Origin: a virus | Lineage: Duplodnaviria; Caudoviricetes | Virus record (IMG/VR): IMGVR_UViG_3300030433_002548 | Location: 5,251-69,250 of that record | Direction: 5' to 3' (one strand) | DNA: 64,000 nt | Shown: positions 1-10,752 of the stretch, piece after piece | Layout of the letters: each line of letters starts with the position of its first letter | How positions within the stretch are numbered: the stretch's first letter is position 1 | Program-made: the position numbers and the translations under genes | The notes under the pieces: model-generated | The model's database searches: none | What the model was told of the DNA's origin: nothing | The model's input: only the letters and a program-made list of their open reading frames with translations

Positions 1-3000
1 AATGAATACAAGGAGAACGTCCTGCACATTGATATTAGAACCTTTTGCTGCTCTAATGGTAATTAATGAACCAGAATCTCTTAGTGAGAATGCAACAGTG
101 CTTCCGTCAAAGAGATCATCAAGATTATCAAGCACTTGCAGAGTTCCAAGTGACCAGGCGGTGAACTCATCAGTGAACACCTTCTGAACGTCAATCAGAG
201 GTTCTCTATATGTGGAAGTGGTTGGAATACCAGTGAGTCCACCGATAGGGACAGTCAATTTCTCACCAGACTTAAATCCAAATCCAGTATTACGAATCTC
301 AAAGTCGATGATGCTTGATCCCTGTCCAACTACAACATCAATAGTGGCTCCACTACCAATTCCGCTTGATACAGAACTGTATGTTAGTGCGATACCCGAA
401 TATGAAAGGGGATCATCAAAGATAACATAAGGAACATTAGTTGTTGTGTAACCAGTTCCTGGATTAGTGATTGCAACACTCACGATATTGCCATTGCTTA
501 TTGTTGCAGTTCCAATAAACTCAATACTTGGAGCACTAGTGCTTGATAAAGCAACACCGACATTAACAGTTTGGATGCCAGCTCTGTAACCAGATCCACT
601 ATTGCCAATACTAATAGCAGAAATAGTACCAAGACCTGAAACTGTTGCTGTTCCTCCAGCAGATACCAGAGGTTGGAATCCTAGACCTTGGTCAGTCATA
701 CCGACTGAAACTATGACTCCTCCGACAGGTAAATTAGAACTATTGACATCATAGGAAACAGAAGTAGCAGTTCCTGCAAATCTAATAGAACTGATACCAC
801 TACTCTCTTCAATAGTGTAATCACTTGTCGCGCCAGGACCCTGGAAGATATCATTAATCAGAACAACCGCGTTTTCAGTTGATATTCCTCCAACATTTGA
901 TGCTCCTGATGTAAGTGTAAATAATCTATTCGTTCCATTAAAGTTATCAGAGATATCGTCAAGCACTCTATTTCTGTAATAAGTCTCATTTGATGTATCT
1001 TGGACACCAGATCTGAGGAATATTCTTCCTTGGAAAGATGATCCTGTGGCAATACCAGTCCAATCTCTCTCATCAGGCCTGTTGGTTGAGGTTCCAAATG
1101 GAGTTTGACCAACAGGTGGATCAACAAAGTTAAGGATGTTATCGACGATATTATAGTTTCCAACTACCTTAGTTACAAGAGAGTCGGTCGAATGCCCCGC
1201 AAGTGCAGTTCCTAACCACTGTCTCTGAACTGAAAGTACATTTGTGGACCCAATACCAACACCAGATACCTTAACAATTTCATTTTCAATCTTAAGGAGG
1301 TCTCCACCAAAGATTGAGTTGATACCAGTGCTTACTGTAATTCGATCATCACTTGATGTCGCGGTTCTGTGCAGGTGTGTTGTGAGGGCAGTGGAAACGA
1401 TAGGAGATTGAATGATATTATCAAGTGCCAGAATACCCTTAGAGTTCTGATTGGTTGATACAAATCTGTGAGATGTTCCAATGCCAACACTTGTAAAGTC
1501 AAGGACTTCAGGTGTAGCCTTCAGTGCTTTCTCAGCGGTAGCTGCAAGTTTAATCTTATTATCATCAACCTTGACAGCGAAGACCGTTCCAGGAACTTTA
1601 TCAGTTGTACCAATACCAACAAATGAAGTTGATGCAATACCAATTGCCTGAGTGCTTGCGGCTCCAGCATGAACATACGTTAATTGCTCACCTGTTACAA
1701 AGAAGTGATCTGGCAGTCTAATCGTGTTATCATCGACGACAACTTCATCAGAATCATTACCCTCAAAGTATCTCTCAAAGATTGGTCTTCCTCTATGCTT
1801 AAGTTCAAATGCTCTCTTAATGTCAGTGTCAGTTCCTTCATATTGAGAGAATGAAGTGTCAATGGTGCCATTTGTGAAATCAACTTCTGATCTATCATCA
1901 TCAGCATGTCTCAAAGCAACCATGAAGACTTTTGCTTGAGCCTGAACATTTGCTGGAGGTGTGTACAGAACCTCAACAGTGGCGGCAACACCAACAGCGG
2001 CACCAGTGACCCTTGTTCCAATCGTACCAATACCAGAACTAGTCTCTATGATTCCAAATTCAGTGTCGTAAGTATCACCAACACCATCATCAGAAATGTA
2101 ATCATCAACAACCAGCAACTCTGAAAGTGAATATTGGTTATTAGTAATGTCGGTTAATTGAACAATGAAGTGTGCAACATCATATTCATTATCATAAGAT
2201 CCAATTACATTAGGAATAGGAGCGGTGGAAGATGCAATACTTGTGTTTCTTCCTTCGAGTCTTGCATGATTTAAATCAAGTGTTCCGATACCAGTGGTGT
2301 CACTATTACCTACACCAATTACCATGGCATTAATAACGCCTGTGGTTCCCACCCCTACATCAGATCCAGGAATATAGTCAACATTTAGTGAAGAACCAGA
2401 AATATAAGCATGGTAAGTTCCATATCCAATATATGCACTTGCGCCCAGATCAGTTGTAAGTTCACCATATTGAAGAACTGAGACATTAGTTCCATCATGA
2501 ACTATGTTAATGTTATCGTAAGCAAATTCGTTCCTGTTAATATCTGGTGTAATCTCAACCATCAGTTTGATGGAACTGTACGTGCTAGCGATACTTACAA
2601 CATTTGATGTCGATCCACTATTCAGAGCAACACTCTTAGTATCAATCAGAACTGGACCAATGCCAGTAGTACCAACGCCAAGGAGGTTATCATCAAGGTT
2701 GTAGGAGAGTGTTGTGATGTCATAATTATTGACTGCTGATTTGGTTGGGAAGAACTGGAGTTGACCTTGACCACCAGAGATAGTAAAGTCAAAAGATCCT
2801 TGATCGTATGTTGTCTCAACACGACCATATTGATTAATGTAACCAAATGAACTATCATGTACAAGATCAACTATCATCAATTGCCTTTGACCAACAAATC
2901 GTCTATCTTTAACGTAAGTAATGTACTTCTGAGCTCTGACATCATCAAGGTCAAATGAATTTGCTACGCTAAACGCAGTTGGTCTAGGGTTGCTGTTAAA

Positions 3001-6000
3001 TTCACTTGCAACGTTATCAATTGAGAGAACTCTGTTACCAACCGACTCAAAGAAATCAGTGAGGACTCTACTAGAGAATGTAATTTGATCTGATACAATC
3101 TGTGGTTGTGACTTTGAATTTTCTTTTACGAGATCAAAATCATTTACACAATTAAGATCGATAAAAGACTCTAATTGATATACGGCATCAAAAAATGTAA
3201 GGTCAGTTGATACACCAACAACCAAAGAATTTTCACTACCAGATGGAAGTTTTGATTCCATTTGATAATCAGAGAATTTTCTAAATCCAAGTGTATGGTT
3301 TAGAGAACCCACAGCATCTTCCCAGGTATCATAATCTACCCTTGATCTTAATGAATATGAGAAGTTTTGATAATAGAAACTATCTTGTACTCTCTGAAGA
3401 TTATCATTAAGATAACCTGAATTTGTCTGCCATCCTTTAGACACCTTGGAAAGAGTATCAGTGTTTAAGGAAGAATCAAAATAAGTTACTGAAGACGCAA
3501 CACCATGAGCATTTGAGGATTGTCCAATAATCAAATCATTTGTTGAGAAGTCTTCAATAGAAGAAATGCTAAGAAGATTGACTTTTGGATCCCAGTTTTG
3601 TACAACACCTGACTTTGTGCCAGATTTGACCGTCTCACCTATATTGTATTGATTTGGTCTTAAAGTAGATGTAAAAATAGGGAAGAATTTTTCTGGAATG
3701 ATTCTACCTATAGAATTAGCAGAGTCAAAATCACCAACAATTTCTCCACTCTTAACCATACCAGAGATATTAAATGATACGCTACCAATTCCACCTCTGT
3801 TTTCTGTGACAGATTTTATGACGAATAAATCGTATCCATAACTCTCAGAATTAAATCCTTTTCCGGTAGATCCAACTCCAACGCTGGTTCCCTCCACCAT
3901 TACTTTATCGCCAACAGTAAATGGGAAGGAGTCAGCAGTGCTGAAACCAACAGCCATAGTGACTGTAACATCTTCTGTAGATGTATTATAAACAATGGTA
4001 CTTATACCTACACCATTACTATTTTCAATAGGCAGAATTCTTGGTTCGGTGTTGTTTATTCCAAAAGTATTCTTAAGGATAGAGACCTGATTATCACCAA
4101 GTTTGTATCTAATGTCAACGTCAGTTAATCTTTCATTGGTTTTACCATCAAACACAATAAGTCGAGGTGCCTTGACATATCCTCTTCCGACCGAAGTGAT
4201 AGCAACAAAATCAAGTCCTGCTTGAGAATCAATTTCAACAATCTGTGGAAGAGCGGTAGTCGGTCTTACAGTTTTGTCAACCTGGAAGTTAAATCCAATA
4301 TCCTCAATTCTTACTTTTTTAACCGAACCGATATTACTAGATGCAGTGGTTAAAATTGCACCAGAACCGATGCCAGAGGTAACATCAGAGAACCCTGGTA
4401 AGGAATAATAATTTTTACCTGGACTTTCAATCGAAACTTTTGAGATTGGACCCACTGTATGTGTGCAATCAGTTTCGTATGAAAGATTTGATGTAGAACT
4501 GATGTAAGAACTCTTCTCAGGTGTTACTGGTATTGTGTACGTAAACGTGTTTGTTGTAGCACTTCCAATTGGGAATGTTCCGCTATAAGCACTGAACTCA
4601 ACATCAATTTGATTATTTGTATCTACTTCGGTATCATTTACAATTTGAGACTTCTCAACCGGAACATCACTTTCGTAAACCGGATCTAATTTATAAAATA
4701 TTTCATTTGGCGTATCTTTTGTAATTGTCAGAGTAACTTTTGCATCAGTTGTGATGCCAACTGTGCCAGTTCTTACAACATTAAATACTGAACTTTCATC
4801 GTTCTTATCATATAGTTGGGTAAAAGTTTTATCTCTATAGAAGTTCAGTGCAAACGCAGCATAGGATGATGCTTGCTTAGTGTATGCAAGTGAACCATCC
4901 GATACATCAAATTCGACGGTCGAATCTCTGTATACTTTAAGTGGTGGGTTGATTGCGGAAATGGTGCCCGATGAAGCACTTGTGATTCCTACGACGCTTG
5001 GTTTCTGACGAGTTGTTTCATAATAAGTATTAGTCAATTTGAAGTTATCTTTGTCAATCTCATAGACATAATAAATTTTATTGTCCTCAAGTCCTTCAGC
5101 AGGAGATGTAGCAGTATGAATTACTTTTTGACCATTGCTAAATCCATGATTGACAATAGTAAATGTATTCGTAGAAGAACTAATACCAGATGCCGCAAAT
5201 GATTTTGGATCAATAATCACTCTTCTGTTGAAGTCATTATATGACACGCTAAATGATGTAGTCAAAGATGGATTTACATCCATGAATACTACATGCCTTC
5301 CCTGTATTCCATGAGTTGCCGCCAAGGAAACAGTAACTTCATTACGAGAAATATCACCAGTAATCACAGAGTGATTTGTCTTAAGACTATGATATACACC
5401 TGTTCCAATCCCACTAAAGAACAGAGTCCTTGAATCTCTAACTGTGCTTGCAATTCCAACAAATGCACCAGTGGTTCCAAGACCTACTTTGACAGTTGAC
5501 AGACCAATTAAATCATCACTGATTCTTGCCACAAATAATTGTTGCTGATCGGTTAGAGTTGTTCCAGCACCGGCACCAGTATATGATATAATACCATCTC
5601 CATTTCCAGGAGAATATGTTACTACATCGCCAGTTCTTAAATTATGTTGTGGAATATAGAGTGCTTTAGTCTGAATAAAGATTTGGGTTATTCCTGCTCC
5701 GGGGTTTGAGAAGAATATTGTTGAACCGATTCCTACGCCCTCAGCGGTTCCAAGTCCAACTGTTTCTGAAGGATCAAAGTAAATTTGTTTGTTTACACGA
5801 TAATCGTAATCAGTTTTAAATCCAGTGCTTACTGTAAGTTTTTTAGGTAATTCATATATTTTGGTTGTTACAGTGTGAGCAGCACTTACCGTGCCATCGA
5901 CTGCTCTAATAACCCTAATCCTTGATAATTTTCTATCAACGTTAAGTACTTGAACTCTTTCTGTACCTATACCAAGAATATCATTTTCTCTAATTGCTGG

Positions 6001-9000
6001 ATATCCAGTATTTCCCGTCACTTCAAAAGTAGTAACAATACCTGTTACTCCAGCAGTTCCTAGACCAGATGATGTGGAACCAACACCACTCAAAGTAAGA
6101 ACGTTTGATGAAATTCCTACAGTATAAGATCCCTCAATTTTTGATGACGTGGTTGATAAACCAGATATTGATATTGTATCACTATTTCTGTAATTGTGTG
6201 GATTACTTGTGAATACCAGATATGTCCCATCAGTATCTGAGGGAACTATCTCAACATTTTGAATCGTGCTAGTAGCTACACTAACACTGTTGATTGATCT
6301 TCCCTTGAGACGCTCAACTCTTGCAATAGCACCGTCTCCATCTGTTCCAGTATTATCAAATACAATCTCTTCACCGACTTTATAGTTATCTCCCCCAGTT
6401 GAGATACCAACGCTTCCAAGAGTTCCTGGAGACGATGATGTTATATGTACTTTTTGATTTAAATTATTTGGTAGTGGCAGATATGTATAATTTAAATCAC
6501 CATCAATTAAATTATATGGATCTGTATTTCTAAGATAATCAGTTCCATTAAGATCATAAAGATCTTGGTTTGATGATGCATCAAAATTAAATTTGTTTGG
6601 GATTGCTTTATAATTTTCCCCAATTAAATATGGGAATGTCGGTCTCTTAAAGTTGAGGAAGGGACCAGAAGAATCAACAGTAAGTGTATTGATAGTTGCA
6701 AAGTAAGCATACGTTCCCTCTGGAAATTCTGGTGTTATACAAAATCTTCCATTATTCTCATCAAGCACAGTTTCATCAGAAAGATCGTAATGAGTGTAAT
6801 CCTCAACAAAGAATCCTTCAGGGAAAATACTCTCTGGTGGCCTATTGGATTTAAGATTAATTCTGTAACCAGACTTCATCTGCGATACAACACCACCAGA
6901 TTTTGTCAGATATCCATATGGACCATAAATGGGATACCCGTCATAAGACCAACCAATAATTGGTGAGTGATCAGCAGAAGATGTCTCAACGTTATTTGCG
7001 ATTTTTAAATCTGCGTTACCATAAAGAACTTTGCCGGTCTGATCAACAGATGTCAGTGCTTTTCTTAGACTTCTGGGTGCATAAAGTGATGAATACTGAA
7101 GACCATAATCACTGTTGGCACCTATCGTTATAAATCCATCATCATTCTTAAATGACTCAAAATTTTTCTCAAAATTGTTGACTCTCCAATTTTGAATTGA
7201 TGGCGCAAATTCTACACCTGACCCAGGGAAAGTAACTGATGCTGTTGTTTCACTTTGAGTGTAATCTGCACCAGATTTGACAATTTTGATTGATGTAATT
7301 TCTCCACTTGAATTAATTACAGCGGTAAGAACTGCTCCAATACCATCTCCAATGACAGAAATTTCTGGTGGTGTGTTGTAGTTCTTTCCTCCGTTTGCAA
7401 TAACAACGTCTACAATTTTTCCATCATTTACAATTGGATAAAGTTGCGCTTCAGAACCAGAAACCAAGCTAACAAGAGGATTTCTAACAAAGTTAATGAT
7501 TTCTGAAGAACCATACCCAACACCTTGATTTGAGAGGTGAACAGAAGTGATTTCACCTCTGAACACTGGTTGTACTTCTGCCTCAAAGGTTTCAGTGCCA
7601 ACAGAAGAGATGCCAACTTTACCAACAACACTAACGGAAATATCTTGATAGTTAAAAGAATGAGTGCCTGAACCAGTTGTTGTAAAGTCAATAAATTGAT
7701 CTGTATTATAGTAAAATTCTTTAGCAACCGAACCTGTTCCTATTTGTGAGAGATGGAAATTATTATTGTCAACTTTTGATACATAATACTCTGTTCCGCT
7801 CGTCAATCCACCAATGGCAGTATCTTCTGCAGTATACTTTACAATTTCACCAGATTCATAGTCGTGGTTAGTGATAGTGATAGTATTAAGAGAAGTGCTA
7901 ATACCAGAAGATGCAGCAGTTCTACGCTTGTTTTGATAACCTTCTCCAGAATCAGTTACTGTAATACTTTCTATTGAAAGTTTTTGATTATAAGATCTTA
8001 TTTTATGCTTACCTAATCCAAAAGAAGTAAATGAAATAGTATTGATACCGGATATTGCATCACTCTCTGTATTGTGAAGAGTAAATGATGTTGAACTTAC
8101 TTCCGATACAAAGTAAGAACTATTGGTTGTAATTCCCCCAATAGATCTCTGACCATCGGGATTATATACAATTCTTTCTGCATTTCTGAACTTGTGATAT
8201 GTTCCTAATCCAATAACAGATGTGGATAAAGTAACTTCTCCACCTTCTGCTTGAGAATTGAATGAAACCTCATGATATGATTGTTTCAAACTTGCAAATG
8301 CTTTTGCACCAGAACCATTACCACCAGTGATTGTTATAATTGGTGTAGTTTCATAATCAAAACCTGGATCAATAATTTTTATCTCTTCAAGACTTCCATT
8401 GACTGCAACATAACCTGTTGCTCCAGTGCCAACAGAATCTGAAATATTCAGAAGTGGAGGTGTGATAACATCATATCCAGATCCTGGCGAAACAACTTCA
8501 ATCTCATCTAATTTACCATATTGGATAAAATCATTCGATTTATAGTTTTTAATCTCAACCCCATTGACTAATACTCCAGTAAAACCTGGTTCAGTGGGAT
8601 GAAGATTTCCATCTTCTGTAGGAAGTTTAATTTCTCTTAAAAGTTTTTGCGACTCTAATGTTCTTCCTCTAAAATCATATGGTTTAATTTTATTATTAGT
8701 AACTTCAGTGCTGGTAACGGAAACAAACGTAGAATTGAAAATATCAGTTCTACTCTTTGCTAGTTGCACAGTAGTTGAACTAACTCTCTTAACAAAGTAG
8801 AGTCCTTCAGCAAATAAAGAACTTTTAACGACACTTCTTTCATCTACTTCACCACTTTCACTAATGAAACTTTCTGTTGATATCTCTGGAATATAGTAAA
8901 CTGCATCACCAGTATAGAATCCATGATCATCAGTTGTTGTAATTGCAAACTCTGTTCCAGAGAAAGTGCCTGAGAAAGTAATAGTTCTATCTGTTGTGTC

Positions 9001-10737
9001 AATTGGTTGTGCGTTATAAAATGGAATTGATGGTGCAGCAACCATCATACTTTCTGATCTACCCCTAGAGTTACCCTCTTTAAGATAAATGTTTTGAACA
9101 TTTGCATTAATGTCTAATACTGATGTAAATGTATTAGACGCAGCTCTGGTTAGTTTTCTTTGAAGAGAATACGTATCTGTGAGTATGAGTCTTCCCTGAC
9201 CTCTAACTCTAATTTCTGTTGGAGAATGAATGTCAATAATAGAGCCAGTCTTTTCTGCATTATCTCCACCTGTGATACCAAAAATATCACCCACTCTTAA
9301 ATAATGTTCTTTTGAGAGTTTAATAGAATAAGTTAGATCTGATTCATCAATTAGTTCTAAGGACTGAACTTGGTATGTTGGAGATACATTATAGACCCAA
9401 TTTTTGGATGCATAATTTCCAGATTTAGTGCCAAGGGATTTAATGATAATATCATCTTCTCTAGACAAATATTTTGTACCGGCATCAACAGTAAGATTAC
9501 TGAGAACAGAATTTATTCTTACTCTTATTTCCTCATTTGGATTAGAGAAAGAGAAACCATACGCATAGGTGTTAATTCCAACGCTTGATGTGTCAACTAT
9601 GCTCTTTGTAATGTTTGAACATCCAAAAAACTGTGTCAGAGATTTTGAGGTAAAAGACACCACTCCTGCAGTATTATCAGAGTAATTTACATAAAGTTCA
9701 CCACCTGTAGGGAATCCAACAGTGGAGTCAACATCAAATACTGTTGCTCCTGCAGCAACTTGACCAATGACTTGAGTTTTAGGATGAACTGAAAATTCTC
9801 CATAAAGAGCACCATCAACACCAATATCTCTTGAGTAACCAGAGTCAATGCTTAACTTATAAAATGTGTTGCCAGTTCCAACATTTACAGACTCAATTGA
9901 TGTAATAGGGGCATATGCTCTAGTAAATAGATCTTTATAAGTATTCTGGTTCAAAACAGAATCCAAGAGGTCTGTAGGGTCTCCTGTGACTGCCTCAACG
10001 ACCAAATCGTTTGTTACTCTATAGTCTGCGTTTGAAGGAGTAAAAAGAAAATCTCTTGGTTTTACAATTCTTACATCTTCATTGTAAAGAGCCTTAAAGA
10101 GAATTTCAAAGGAACGATCAGTTCCCTTACTTAGGTAAAAATCTTTTGATTGCTTTATAAAAAGATTTTGATTCAGTCCAGGTGTTAAATTCCTGTTAGA
10201 AAGTCCTGGTGTAATTTGACGCTTTAATTTTGTAAGAAATTCATTGAGAAAAAGAATACTAAGGTTTTCAATAGTCGCACCAGACTCATGATCTGCGACA
10301 GATGATGTGGAGAATACTAATTCTTCAGGTTTATTTTCGTTCTTGTACGAGGTAACTCCACTAAAACCTCTGATACAACCAGTGAAGGATGATGAGGTTT
10401 TTCCTGTATATGTTATGATCTCATCATTGATTTTTAAGATACCATATGTATCAGGAAATCCAATTGTGCCAGTAGGAGATTTGGTCAAATCAACACTGAT
10501 TGTTGCATCATTAAAATTAATATCAGATCCAAGAATAACAGAATCAACTAGATTTGTGTTTTCATTTAACTTGATATATTTGTCAATATTTTGAATTAAA
10601 TCAACAGGGGCTCCTTGATACTCCTGAGCAACATAATATTGCTTTAAAAAATCTACAAGAAGTGGAAAATCTTCCCTTACATACGCAGGAACCTGGTTCT
10701 GAACTACGTTGCTGAAAAGTACTCTTTGTTCTGCCAT
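1..10737 (-). CDS. gp7: Giant virion/baseplate structural protein (gp7 position, VrlC-like), 3' end beyond window, at least 3579 aa
   Basis: ATG at 10737 (MAEQRVLFSNVVQNQVPAYVREDFPLLVDFLKQYY..., later FYLSKGTDRSFEILFKALY). The same frame still reads sensibly at position 1 (AKGSNINVQDVLLVFI). The track omits it, consistent with no in-frame stop before the edge. It directly follows gp6 and carries repeated GxGY..P.V.I motifs typical of cyanophage baseplate proteins. Confidence 0.75.
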   Translation of the reverse strand, partial: MAEQRVLFSNVVQNQVPAYVREDFPLLVDFLKQYYVAQEYQGAPVDLIQNIDKYIKLNENTNLVDSVILGSDINFNDATISVDLTKSPTGTIGFPDTYGILKINDEIITYTGKTSSSFTGCIRGFSGVTSYKNENKPEELVFSTSSVADHESGATIENLSILFLNEFLTKLKRQITPGLSNRNLTPGLNQNLFIKQSKDFYLSKGTDRSFEILFKALYNEDVRIVKPRDFLFTPSNADYRVTNDLVVEAVTGDPTDLLDSVLNQNTYKDLFTRAYAPITSIESVNVGTGNTFYKLSIDSGYSRDIGVDGALYGEFSVHPKTQVIGQVAAGATVFDVDSTVGFPTGGELYVNYSDNTAGVVSFTSKSLTQFFGCSNITKSIVDTSSVGINTYAYGFSFSNPNEEIRVRINSVLSNLTVDAGTKYLSREDDIIIKSLGTKSGNYASKNWVYNVSPTYQVQSLELIDESDLTYSIKLSKEHYLRVGDIFGITGGDNAEKTGSIIDIHSPTEIRVRGQGRLILTDTYSLQRKLTRAASNTFTSVLDINANVQNIYLKEGNSRGRSESMMVAAPSIPFYNAQPIDTTDRTITFSGTFSGTEFAITTTDDHGFYTGDAVYYIPEISTESFISESGEVDERSVVKSSLFAEGLYFVKRVSSTTVQLAKSRTDIFNSTFVSVTSTEVTNNKIKPYDFRGRTLESQKLLREIKLPTEDGNLHPTEPGFTGVLVNGVEIKNYKSNDFIQYGKLDEIEVVSPGSGYDVITPPLLNISDSVGTGATGYVAVNGSLEEIKIIDPGFDYETTPIITITGGNGSGAKAFASLKQSYHEVSFNSQAEGGEVTLSTSVIGLGTYHKFRNAERIVYNPDGQRSIGGITTNSSYFVSEVSSTSFTLHNTESDAISGINTISFTSFGLGKHKIRSYNQKLSIESITVTDSGEGYQNKRRTAASSGISTSLNTITITNHDYESGEIVKYTAEDTAIGGLTSGTEYYVSKVDNNNFHLSQIGTGSVAKEFYYNTDQFIDFTTTGSGTHSFNYQDISVSVVGKVGISSVGTETFEAEVQPVFRGEITSVHLSNQGVGYGSSEIINFVRNPLVSLVSGSEAQLYPIVNDGKIVDVVIANGGKNYNTPPEISVIGDGIGAVLTAVINSSGEITSIKIVKSGADYTQSETTASVTFPGSGVEFAPSIQNWRVNNFEKNFESFKNDDGFITIGANSDYGLQYSSLYAPRSLRKALTSVDQTGKVLYGNADLKIANNVETSSADHSPIIGWSYDGYPIYGPYGYLTKSGGVVSQMKSGYRINLKSNRPPESIFPEGFFVEDYTHYDLSDETVLDENNGRFCITPEFPEGTYAYFATINTLTVDSSGPFLNFKRPTFPYLIGENYKAIPNKFNFDASSNQDLYDLNGTDYLRNTDPYNLIDGDLNYTYLPLPNNLNQKVHITSSSPGTLGSVGISTGGDNYKVGEEIVFDNTGTDGDGAIARVERLKGRSINSVSVATSTIQNVEIVPSDTDGTYLVFTSNPHNYRNSDTISISGLSTTSSKIEGSYTVGISSNVLTLSGVGSTSSGLGTAGVTGIVTTFEVTGNTGYPAIRENDILGIGTERVQVLNVDRKLSRIRVIRAVDGTVSAAHTVTTKIYELPKKLTVSTGFKTDYDYRVNKQIYFDPSETVGLGTAEGVGIGSTIFFSNPGAGITQIFIQTKALYIPQHNLRTGDVVTYSPGNGDGIISYTGAGAGTTLTDQQQLFVARISDDLIGLSTVKVGLGTTGAFVGIASTVRDSRTLFFSGIGTGVYHSLKTNHSVITGDISRNEVTVSLAATHGIQGRHVVFMDVNPSLTTSFSVSYNDFNRRVIIDPKSFAASGISSSTNTFTIVNHGFSNGQKVIHTATSPAEGLEDNKIYYVYEIDKDNFKLTNTYYETTRQKPSVVGITSASSGTISAINPPLKVYRDSTVEFDVSDGSLAYTKQASSYAAFALNFYRDKTFTQLYDKNDESSVFNVVRTGTVGITTDAKVTLTITKDTPNEIFYKLDPVYESDVPVEKSQIVNDTEVDTNNQIDVEFSAYSGTFPIGSATTNTFTYTIPVTPEKSSYISSTSNLSYETDCTHTVGPISKVSIESPGKNYYSLPGFSDVTSGIGSGAILTTASSNIGSVKKVRIEDIGFNFQVDKTVRPTTALPQIVEIDSQAGLDFVAITSVGRGYVKAPRLIVFDGKTNERLTDVDIRYKLGDNQVSILKNTFGINNTEPRILPIENSNGVGISTIVYNTSTEDVTVTMAVGFSTADSFPFTVGDKVMVEGTSVGVGSTGKGFNSESYGYDLFVIKSVTENRGGIGSVSFNISGMVKSGEIVGDFDSANSIGRIIPEKFFPIFTSTLRPNQYNIGETVKSGTKSGVVQNWDPKVNLLSISSIEDFSTNDLIIGQSSNAHGVASSVTYFDSSLNTDTLSKVSKGWQTNSGYLNDNLQRVQDSFYYQNFSYSLRSRVDYDTWEDAVGSLNHTLGFRKFSDYQMESKLPSGSENSLVVGVSTDLTFFDAVYQLESFIDLNCVNDFDLVKENSKSQPQIVSDQITFSSRVLTDFFESVGNRVLSIDNVASEFNSNPRPTAFSVANSFDLDDVRAQKYITYVKDRRFVGQRQLMIVDLVHDSSFGYINQYGRVETTYDQGSFDFTISGGQGQLQFFPTKSAVNNYDITTLSYNLDDNLLGVGTTGIGPVLIDTKSVALNSGSTSNVVSIASTYSSIKLMVEITPDINRNEFAYDNINIVHDGTNVSVLQYGELTTDLGASAYIGYGTYHAYISGSSLNVDYIPGSDVGVGTTGVINAMVIGVGNSDTTGIGTLDLNHARLEGRNTSIASSTAPIPNVIGSYDNEYDVAHFIVQLTDITNNQYSLSELLVVDDYISDDGVGDTYDTEFGIIETSSGIGTIGTRVTGAAVGVAATVEVLYTPPANVQAQAKVFMVALRHADDDRSEVDFTNGTIDTSFSQYEGTDTDIKRAFELKHRGRPIFERYFEGNDSDEVVVDDNTIRLPDHFFVTGEQLTYVHAGAASTQAIGIASTSFVGIGTTDKVPGTVFAVKVDDNKIKLAATAEKALKATPEVLDFTSVGIGTSHRFVSTNQNSKGILALDNIIQSPIVSTALTTHLHRTATSSDDRITVSTGINSIFGGDLLKIENEIVKVSGVGIGSTNVLSVQRQWLGTALAGHSTDSLVTKVVGNYNIVDNILNFVDPPVGQTPFGTSTNRPDERDWTGIATGSSFQGRIFLRSGVQDTSNETYYRNRVLDDISDNFNGTNRLFTLTSGASNVGGISTENAVVLINDIFQGPGATSDYTIEESSGISSIRFAGTATSVSYDVNSSNLPVGGVIVSVGMTDQGLGFQPLVSAGGTATVSGLGTISAISIGNSGSGYRAGIQTVNVGVALSSTSAPSIEFIGTATISNGNIVSVAITNPGTGYTTTNVPYVIFDDPLSYSGIALTYSSVSSGIGSGATIDVVVGQGSSIIDFEIRNTGFGFKSGEKLTVPIGGLTGIPTTSTYREPLIDVQKVFTDEFTAWSLGTLQVLDNLDDLFDGSTVAFSLRDSGSLITIRAAKGSNINVQDVLLVFI

Positions 10738-10752
10738 TTTATGATTTACTTC

